Source of the DNA: Limisphaerales bacterium
GTDB taxonomy: Bacteria > Verrucomicrobiota > Verrucomicrobiia > Limisphaerales > JBGAJN01
DNA length: 64,000 nucleotides
Assembly: GCA_044224905.1 (NCBI GenBank)
Contig: JBGAJN010000001.1
Coordinates: forward strand, 780,705 to 844,704
Direction: 5' to 3'
Below are positions 57,469-64,000 of the stretch, one piece after another (within the stretch, counting starts at the first letter, position 1; the number at the start of each line of letters is the position of its first letter). The notes under the pieces were generated by a model. It ran no database searches. It had not been told where the DNA came from and worked only from the letters and a program-made list of their open reading frames with translations. A program made the position numbers and the translations under genes.

Positions 57469-57639
57469 ATGATTCTTCGCGAAATCATATCATTGCGTTA
57501 CCTGCTGCTGGCATTGATTGCCATCAGTTTTGTCGGTTGCGCCATCGATGATGAACGCCGGAATCTCTCCTCCCGTCCGTGGAATACCCCCAAGAGCTGG
57601 GAGAATGGGTTGCCTTCCGGTTTGACGGAAGGTCGCTAA
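57469..57639 (+). CDS. Small (56-aa) putative lipoprotein, below the ORF-track length cutoff
   Basis: The ATG lies 3 nt after the preceding stop (TGAACATG). Translation: MILREIISLRYLLLALIAISFVGCAIDDERRNLSSRPWNTPKSWENGLPSGLTEGR. A hydrophobic signal is followed by lipobox FVGC. Confidence 0.5.
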   Translation: MILREIISLRYLLLALIAISFVGCAIDDERRNLSSRPWNTPKSWENGLPSGLTEGR

Positions 57640-57723
57640 CTTGCGGTTGAATTGTTTCCTCTGACGGAGCCAAGGTTCTCCCTCGTGTCGCTTGGTGTCC
57701 TGCGACTTGAATGGGGTGCCCTC

Positions 57724-59223
57724 TTAAGCCAGAAGCTGCGGGACAACTTTCGCGCCTTCGACGCCGGTTAGCTTGAAATCAAACCCTTGGAATCGGTAGG
57801 TCAGGCGTTCGTGGTTAAGGCCGAATAAGTGAAGGAGCGTTGCGTGTAAATCTCGGACGGGCACCGGATCTCTCACCACGTTCCAGCCAATTTCATCGGT
57901 TTCGCCGAAAATCTGTCCGCCCTTGATGCCGCCTCCCGCCATCCAGAGCGTGAATGCGAATGGATGATGATCGCGACCCGTGACGTTTGAACTGCCGCCA
58001 CGATTTTCTCCGAGTGGCGTGCGGCCGAATTCTGAAAGCCACAAGACCAACGTTTCGTCCAGCATGCCCCTCTGTTTGAGATCTTTGATCATCGCCGCGA
58101 TGGGTTGGTCGGCCATCTGGCAATTGTGCTTCAACTCAGTATCGAGATTGCTATGATGATCCCAAGAGGCGTGAAAAATGTTAACAAATCGCACGCCGCG
58201 TTCAACCATCCGCCGGGCCAGCAGGCAATTTGTCGCGAAGGTTTTGAATTGTCCTGGCCCGCCACCCCGTGTGGCTTTAATGGCCGGCTCCTCGCGATCG
58301 AGTCCGTAGGCTGCGCGAACGTGTTTGGGTTCGCCGGAAAGATCCATCAATTCCGGGGCGGACGATTGCATGCGGAAGGCGAGTTCGTAGGCCGCAATGC
58401 GGCTGGCGATTTCGGGATCCCTCACGACGCTGTGTCGCAGGCGGTTCAAGTCGGTCAGCGTGTCGAGGCCGTAGTGTTGCATCTCAGGCGTGATTCCCGG
58501 CGGATTGCTTAAGTTGAGCACGGGGTCGCCCTGGTTTCGGAACATCACACCGGCGAACGTCGAGGGAAGAAATCCGCTCGACCATAAAGACGCTCCTCCG
58601 CTGGTGCCGCGCCCCGCGCTGAGCACGACATATCCGGGCAGGTTCTGTGATTCGCTGCCCAGCCCGTAGTTCAGCCACGAACCCATTACGGGTCGGCCGA
58701 ATAGTGCCGATCCGCATTGCATGGCGAGTTGCCCGGGATGGTGGTTGAACTGGTCGGTCTGCATTGAGCGTACCATCGCGATGTCATCTGCGCAGGTGGC
58801 GATGTGGGGCAGTAGATCCGAGAAGTCCATCCCACATTGACCGTGCTTCTTGAAAGTTCGCGGGCTCCCCATCAAACGCACGGTCTCTTTTTTGATGAAC
58901 GCAAAGCGAACCTTTTCAAGCAGAGATTCCGGCAGCGGTTGCCCATCGAGTTCATTCAACTTCGGTTTGGGATCGAACAAGTCCATCTGACTCGGGGCTC
59001 CCTCCATGTAGATGCAGATGCATGCCTTGGCTTTCGGGGCAAAGTGTGGTGCCTTTGGGGCGAGCGGGTTAATGACATCTGCAGCGCGAGCTTCGGGTGT
59101 GAGGTAGCCGTCGGCCCCGAGCAGCGACGCGAGCGCGAGTGTGCCCAGGCCGCTCGCGCCGGTCGCGAGAAAGTCACGGCGAGTGAGGTCGAATATTTCT
59201 TGGGCGGTGAACTGGTTTTTCAT
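57724..59223 (-). CDS. DUF1501-family protein (sulfatase/alkaline-phosphatase-like fold) with a Tat signal
   Basis: Tat motif: TRRDFLATGASGLGTLALA. Conserved blocks: IYMEGAPSQMDLFDPKP, SWDHHSNL, WLSEFGRTP and GRDHHP. Confidence 0.88.
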   Translation of the reverse strand: MKNQFTAQEIFDLTRRDFLATGASGLGTLALASLLGADGYLTPEARAADVINPLAPKAPHFAPKAKACICIYMEGAPSQMDLFDPKPKLNELDGQPLPESLLEKVRFAFIKKETVRLMGSPRTFKKHGQCGMDFSDLLPHIATCADDIAMVRSMQTDQFNHHPGQLAMQCGSALFGRPVMGSWLNYGLGSESQNLPGYVVLSAGRGTSGGASLWSSGFLPSTFAGVMFRNQGDPVLNLSNPPGITPEMQHYGLDTLTDLNRLRHSVVRDPEIASRIAAYELAFRMQSSAPELMDLSGEPKHVRAAYGLDREEPAIKATRGGGPGQFKTFATNCLLARRMVERGVRFVNIFHASWDHHSNLDTELKHNCQMADQPIAAMIKDLKQRGMLDETLVLWLSEFGRTPLGENRGGSSNVTGRDHHPFAFTLWMAGGGIKGGQIFGETDEIGWNVVRDPVPVRDLHATLLHLFGLNHERLTYRFQGFDFKLTGVEGAKVVPQLLA

Positions 59224-59226
59224 GGT

Positions 59227-62200
59227 TCAATCTCTCGTCACAAATTCGTCCAGATTCATAATCACCCGGCTCAGCATCACCAGAGCAGCCTTCTCGTCGG
59301 CATTCACCCGACCCGCGCGGTCACTCTTCGGATCGCCAAGAATTTTTTCCGCGTTGCCAGGAGTCGTCTGGAGAAGAGCCATTTGAGTATCGTAAAAGTT
59401 CTTCAAACGCGTTGCTTCTTTGCGGCTCGGCGTTCGGCTGAGGCAAATCTGGAAAGCCTTGGCGATTTTGATCTCTATAGGGGCGATCTCGTTGGCGACC
59501 TGACGGCCGAGCGACTGAGCGCACTCGAAGAATACGGGATCGTTTAGCAGCGTGAGCGCTTGCAGCGGGGTGTTGCTGCGTTCGCGGCGGGTGCAGGTTA
59601 CATTAGAGTCCGGCGCGTCGAAGGTCATTAACATCGGGTACGGCACCGTTCGCTGAAAGAAAATGTAGAGCCCGCGACGATACTTGTCGGCCCCCTTGCT
59701 CTCGGTCCACTTGACCGAGTTGGCGTAACCAAGCGCGGCGATGTCCGCTGGTAGCTGCGGTCGGACACTGGGGCCGCCAATGGTGGGCACAAGGAGACCG
59801 CTGGCAGCGAGATAAGCATCGCGGACATTCTCTGCTTCGAGTCGAAAACGGTTCTGGCGGGCGAGCAGCTGATTGTTCGGATCGTGCTCGTTGAGGTCGG
59901 GGCGAGCGACAGAAGACTGTTTATAGGTGGCCGAACTAACAATCAGGGTGATGAGTTGCTTGCGACTCCAATCGAGGCGTGGAAATTCGGTTGCGAGCCA
60001 ATCGAGCAATTCCGGATGCGTTGGTTTGTCGCCACGCGTACCAAAGTCGTTAACCGTTGAAACAAGTGCGCGGCCGAAAAGATTCTTCCAAATGTGGTTT
60101 ACGGTAACCCGCGCAGTGAGTGGATTTGCTGGGTCGACGAGCCAGCGTGCCAGGTCGAGTCGGTCGGGCGTCTCGCTGCGAGGTTTGAGCGGATTGAGGA
60201 CGGCAAAAGTGGCAGGTCGCACTTCCTCCCCTTTGCGGAGGAAATCGCCACGAATATGGACCTGCGTGGTGCGCGGGTCCGCTGCAAGGATGGCAGCCTT
60301 CGTCGCGGGCTCTTTCGGTTCCTTCGCGAGGAGTGCTTCCATTTGCACGTTTAGTCGACGGGAGCCTTCGTCTACTTCGGAGGCATAGAATTTTGCGATT
60401 GCTGCTCGCTGCTGCTGGGTTCGCCTTTCGCGTGGCACGGCCAGCGCGACCGCGATGTCGTCTGGAATCAAGCTGGCGACGTGTGGCAACGGAGAGGCAG
60501 TGGCAGACAATCGGAATCGCGCGAGCGAATTTTCGGGGACCTGATGGCTGATCTGGAAAATCAATTTCGCGCCGGGCGGAGGGTGGAGTGCGTCCGCTAA
60601 ATCGAACACGGCGACGTGAGCTTTGTTTGTTTGCGGCGAAACGCTCCAGCCGGTCTTCGGGTTGCCATCGATGGCCGCATTCGCTGGAGAGCTTCCCTGC
60701 CAGTAATCTGCGGTGGCGGAGGATAGGTCCAGCGACTTTGCATTTGTCGCGCCCTTCTCGAGCAATTTTACGCCGAACTCGGAGAGGACAAAATTTCCCG
60801 ATATCCCCAGCCCGACGTTTTTTCTGGTTCCATCCGGAAACACTTCAAGGCGAAAACCAGTGATGTCATTCGTGGGTGTTTCAACCTCGATGGTATAGAC
60901 GTCCGTTCCTCTGACCTTTCCTTTGGTCTTTGCCTTTGGCGAAACTTGCACAGTGCGATCAGGGTCGGACTTGAGTGTGAAGCCGCTTTCTGTGCTGAGC
61001 TTGGTCAGCGTGAGCGGTGTCCATTTTTCCTTTGGCAGGGTTACGGAGTTTTCCCAGACCATCTGCTGGCGCAACAGCGTGCTTTGCGCATAGGCGGCCA
61101 TCGCCTCCTTGAGCTTTGCGACGTTCGCTTTCCATTCGCTTTTGAGTGGCAGATATTTTTCGAGTTCCGAAGGCGTGGGTGCCGACAGATCGCGTTCGGA
61201 GGTGTTATTAAAAAATGCGTAGAACGAGTAGTACTCGCGTTGAGAAAGAGGATCGTATTTGTGTGAGTGGCATTCGCAGCAGCCAACGGTAAGGCCGAGC
61301 CACGTTGCCCCCGTGGTGTTCGCACGATCCACCGTTGCCTTGCAGCGAAATTCCTCCTGATCCACGCCGCCCTCTTTGTTCGTCAGGGTCTGGCGGTGGA
61401 AGCCCGTGGCGATCATCTGCTTTTTCGTAGCGTTGGGCAAAAGATCGCCGGCCAGCTGCTCGATGGTGAATTGATCGAATGGCAGATCCTGGTTGATCGC
61501 GTCGATGACCCAGTCACGAAACAAATAGGCGTATGGGCGCGCCGTGTCTTTTTCGTATCCGTCGCTGTCGGCGTAGCGTGCAAGGTCAAGCCATTGCCTT
61601 CCCCACCGTTCACCAAAATGCGGGGAGGCGAGAAGTCGCTCGACCAGCCTTTCGTAGGCGTCGGGCGTTGTGTCGTTCAGGAAGGCTGTCACGTCGTCGG
61701 CTTTCGGAGGCAGACCGAGTAAGTCGAAACTAAGCCGGCGAATCAAGGTGACGCGATCTGCCTCAGGTGACGGCTTGATCTTCGCCGGTTCCAATCGTGC
61801 GAGAACAAAGTTATCAATAGGGTTGCGCACCCATTTGGAATTTTGCACGCGCGGCGGCTTGGCGCGAATGGGGGGCTTAAATGCCCAGTGAGTTGCGTTG
61901 CCTGCTGCGTTTGCGGTTTCGGGCCAGACTGCGCCGGCGTCAATCCACGCTCGGATTTTGGCGACTTGGTCGCGCGACAACGGTTCATTGCTGTCTGTGC
62001 GCGGCGGCATGGGTTTGTCAGCGTCCAGCCCGCCGACAAGTTGCACTAGAACACTGCCAGCACCGTTGCCGACTGAGATCACCTTGCCGTCGTCGCCGCC
62101 CTCGAGCGCTTCAGCTTTTCGGTCGAGCCGCAACCCGCCTTTTTGCTTCTCCGCCCCGTGACACTTGTAGCAGTGATTCGCAAAGATCGGCTGGATGTCC

Positions 62201-62340
62201 TTCGCGAAATCGATCGTGCCGGTAGCAGGGGGCGGAAGCTTCGTGAAATCGAGTTGCCGTTTGGCGTCGGCCGCGCTTAGCGAAAAGCTCGCGAGCGAGA
62301 GCGTTACGGCAAGAGCAAGTTTTAAAGCGGGCGTCAGCAT
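59227..62340 (-). CDS. PSCyt1/PSCyt2/PSD1 (planctomycete cytochrome c, DUF1549, DUF1553) protein with an inserted discoidin (F5/8 type C)-like domain
   Basis: Signal peptide from ATG 62340: MLTPALKLALAVTLSLASFSLSA. Heme c motif: CYKCHG. DUF1549 blocks: NPIDNFVLARL and RRLSFDLLGLPP. CxxCH-like block: CCECHSHKYDP. Central region: AAIDGNPKTGWSV. DUF1553-type C-terminus. Confidence 0.88.
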   Translation of the reverse strand: MLTPALKLALAVTLSLASFSLSAADAKRQLDFTKLPPPATGTIDFAKDIQPIFANHCYKCHGAEKQKGGLRLDRKAEALEGGDDGKVISVGNGAGSVLVQLVGGLDADKPMPPRTDSNEPLSRDQVAKIRAWIDAGAVWPETANAAGNATHWAFKPPIRAKPPRVQNSKWVRNPIDNFVLARLEPAKIKPSPEADRVTLIRRLSFDLLGLPPKADDVTAFLNDTTPDAYERLVERLLASPHFGERWGRQWLDLARYADSDGYEKDTARPYAYLFRDWVIDAINQDLPFDQFTIEQLAGDLLPNATKKQMIATGFHRQTLTNKEGGVDQEEFRCKATVDRANTTGATWLGLTVGCCECHSHKYDPLSQREYYSFYAFFNNTSERDLSAPTPSELEKYLPLKSEWKANVAKLKEAMAAYAQSTLLRQQMVWENSVTLPKEKWTPLTLTKLSTESGFTLKSDPDRTVQVSPKAKTKGKVRGTDVYTIEVETPTNDITGFRLEVFPDGTRKNVGLGISGNFVLSEFGVKLLEKGATNAKSLDLSSATADYWQGSSPANAAIDGNPKTGWSVSPQTNKAHVAVFDLADALHPPPGAKLIFQISHQVPENSLARFRLSATASPLPHVASLIPDDIAVALAVPRERRTQQQRAAIAKFYASEVDEGSRRLNVQMEALLAKEPKEPATKAAILAADPRTTQVHIRGDFLRKGEEVRPATFAVLNPLKPRSETPDRLDLARWLVDPANPLTARVTVNHIWKNLFGRALVSTVNDFGTRGDKPTHPELLDWLATEFPRLDWSRKQLITLIVSSATYKQSSVARPDLNEHDPNNQLLARQNRFRLEAENVRDAYLAASGLLVPTIGGPSVRPQLPADIAALGYANSVKWTESKGADKYRRGLYIFFQRTVPYPMLMTFDAPDSNVTCTRRERSNTPLQALTLLNDPVFFECAQSLGRQVANEIAPIEIKIAKAFQICLSRTPSRKEATRLKNFYDTQMALLQTTPGNAEKILGDPKSDRAGRVNADEKAALVMLSRVIMNLDEFVTRD

Positions 62341-62384
62341 GGGCACGAGAAAATAGACGTTGTTTCAACGGGTTCCATTGAAAC

Positions 62385-63815
62385 CTAGGCGAGCAATCCC
62401 TTGACGATGTTGCCGTGAATGTCCGTCAGGCGGAACTCGCGGCCCTGATACTTGAAGGTGAGTTTTTCGTGATCGAGGCCCAGTAGGTGGAGCACGGTCG
62501 CGTTAAGGTCGTGAACGTGGACGGGATTTTCCACCGGGCTGAAGCCGAACTCGTCCGTTCGGCCATAGGTGATACCGCCTTTGACCCCGCCGCCGGCGAG
62601 CCACATCGTGTAGGCGTCCTTGTGATGGTCGCGGCCGGGGTTCGTGCTCTTGCCGTCGCCGTCAATGCCCTGGCGCAACGGTGTGCGGCCAAACTCCGAG
62701 CCCCAGATGACCAGCGTGTCGTCGAGCAAGCCGCGCGTTTTGAGATCGGTGATGAGGCCAGCCATTGCTTGGTCGACGTCGCGGCATTTGACGGGCAAAC
62801 GCGTGGCGATCCCGGAATGATGATCCCAATCGGCGTCGTAGAGTTCCACCACGCGAACACCGCGTTCGATGAGCCGGCGGGCAAGCAGGCAGTTGTTCGC
62901 GAATGACGACGCGCCCAGTTTCGCGCCGTAGAGGTCGAGCACGGACTTCGGTTCGCGAGTGATGTCCATCAGCTCAGGAACGCTCGTTTGCATCTTGAAC
63001 GCCATTTCGTATTGGCTGATGCGCGTGGCGATTTCCGGATCGCCTACGTCGGCGAGCTGGCGTTCGTTGAGTGATTTCACGGCGTCGAACACGCGCCGCC
63101 GGTCGGTCTGCGATTGCCCCTGCGGATTGCTGAGGAACAACACCGGATCGCCACTGGAGCGGAACTGGATGCCCTGATACACGCTCGGCAGAAAACCATT
63201 CGCCCAAAGCGTCGTGCCCGCGCCGCCGGGAGGGCCGGAGAGCAAGACCGTGTAGGCCGGCAAATCTTCGTTCTCGGTTCCGAGCCCGTAGGTCACCCAT
63301 GAGCCGAAGCTCGGCCGTCCGCCGCGCCCAAAGCCCGTGTGCAAAAACATCTGCGCCGGCGCGTGGTTGATCTCCTCCGTGTGCAGCGTCTTCACGATCG
63401 CGATGTCGTCTGCGACTTTCGCGAGATGCGGCAGCAAGTTCGACATCTCCTGCCCGCTCTGGCCGTGTTTCGCGAACGTGAACTTCGATCCCGCGAGCTG
63501 CATCTTGCCGCCGATGAAGGCGAAGCGTCGGCCCTTGAGCAGCGACTCCGGGCAATCCTGTCCATCGAGCTTGTTCAGCTCGGGCTTGTGCTCGAAAAGA
63601 TCGAGCTGCGACGGCGCGCCGATCATGTGCAGGAAAATTACCCGCTTCGCGCGCGGCGCGAACATCGCGTGCTTCGACTTCAGCGGATTCGCGGGCGCGG
63701 CAAAAGTCTGCTCGCGCAGCAACGACGCGAGTGCCATCGAGCCGAGGCTGAAGCCGGCGCGTTTGAAAAACGTGCGGCGTTGGATCAGGTCGAGTTGAGT
63801 TACGGTCGGGTTCAT
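62385..63815 (-). CDS. DUF1501-family protein (second paralog) with a Tat-like signal
   Basis: [53 protein letters not shown] and GRDHHK. It is colinear with the 57724-59223 product. Confidence 0.88.
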   Translation of the reverse strand: MNPTVTQLDLIQRRTFFKRAGFSLGSMALASLLREQTFAAPANPLKSKHAMFAPRAKRVIFLHMIGAPSQLDLFEHKPELNKLDGQDCPESLLKGRRFAFIGGKMQLAGSKFTFAKHGQSGQEMSNLLPHLAKVADDIAIVKTLHTEEINHAPAQMFLHTGFGRGGRPSFGSWVTYGLGTENEDLPAYTVLLSGPPGGAGTTLWANGFLPSVYQGIQFRSSGDPVLFLSNPQGQSQTDRRRVFDAVKSLNERQLADVGDPEIATRISQYEMAFKMQTSVPELMDITREPKSVLDLYGAKLGASSFANNCLLARRLIERGVRVVELYDADWDHHSGIATRLPVKCRDVDQAMAGLITDLKTRGLLDDTLVIWGSEFGRTPLRQGIDGDGKSTNPGRDHHKDAYTMWLAGGGVKGGITYGRTDEFGFSPVENPVHVHDLNATVLHLLGLDHEKLTFKYQGREFRLTDIHGNIVKGLLA

Positions 63816-63839
63816 ACGCGGGATGAAATCTCAGTTGGG

Positions 63840-64000
63840 GGAAACGGCGGACAATTCGCCGCACAAGTCCAGTGCCTTCATGGCCTCCACGGTGGCGATG
63901 TAGGTGATGTAATGGTAGTTGCCGCGATACAGCGAGTGCATCCACCAACGGCCGCTCTCGCGCTGCTCGCGCTTGAGCCAGGCGAGGCTGCGTTGGATGC
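63840..64000 (-). CDS. 3' end of a gene that continues beyond the window; prenyltransferase/squalene-oxidase-repeat-like C-terminus
   Basis: Manual translation of the minus strand gives ...IQRSLAWLKREQRESGRWWMHSLYRGNYHYITYIATVEAMKALDLCGELSAVSPN, with the stop at 63840-63842. The L-x-x-Q-x-x-x-G-x-W pattern is typical of terpene-cyclase/prenyltransferase alpha-alpha toroid repeats. The fragment is very short. Confidence 0.4.

Noticed and set aside
62974-63948. 324-aa minus-strand ORF overlapping the second DUF1501 gene in another frame
   Set aside because: It is an out-of-frame Arg-rich product. The DUF1501 frame is colinear with its paralog.

Overview
This is a GC-rich chromosomal segment that looks like a Verrucomicrobia/PVC-group genome. 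The lineage call rests on three signatures: PATR-repeat giant surface proteins, prepilin-like [10 protein letters not shown] proteins, and DUF1501 plus PSCyt/DUF1553 gene pairs. I support about 43 protein genes and one tRNA-Val(GAC).

Housekeeping genes are interspersed throughout: a DEAD-box helicase, an RlmI-like methyltransferase, an LptF/G permease, glycerate kinase, uvrC, corA, purH, clpB, recA and slyX. Around them sit envelope and secretome loci:
- A 5'-partial polypeptide with four GT2 domains, convergent with a 2607-aa PATR beta-helix surface protein.
- A locus running histidine kinase, sigma-54 response regulator, GT-C-like membrane protein, OM beta-barrel, Wzc-like BY-kinase, Wza-like exporter and a membrane FHA protein. 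It is visibly more AT-rich than its flanks.
- A run of TPR protein, LamG/metallophosphatase and GH16-like secreted proteins.
- Two prepilin-like paralogs.
- A DUF1501, PSCyt/DUF1553, DUF1501 triad.

I found no CRISPR array, rRNA, transposase, integrase, phage genes or recognisable defence system, so I cannot claim a clearly novel multi-gene system.

The least explained signal is non-coding. About 16 phased 21-nt degenerate repeats (14738-15075) fill an ORF-free gap between convergent genes. Other items worth follow-up:
- A C-terminal module ending in (F/Y)YRV that four secreted proteins share.
- Candidate sigma-54 promoters in front of the export operon and of a prepilin-like gene.
- An FHA-only membrane protein translationally coupled to the Wza-like gene.
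- A 56-aa lipoprotein ORF below the ORF-track cutoff.

All family calls come from motifs read by eye. No database search was run.
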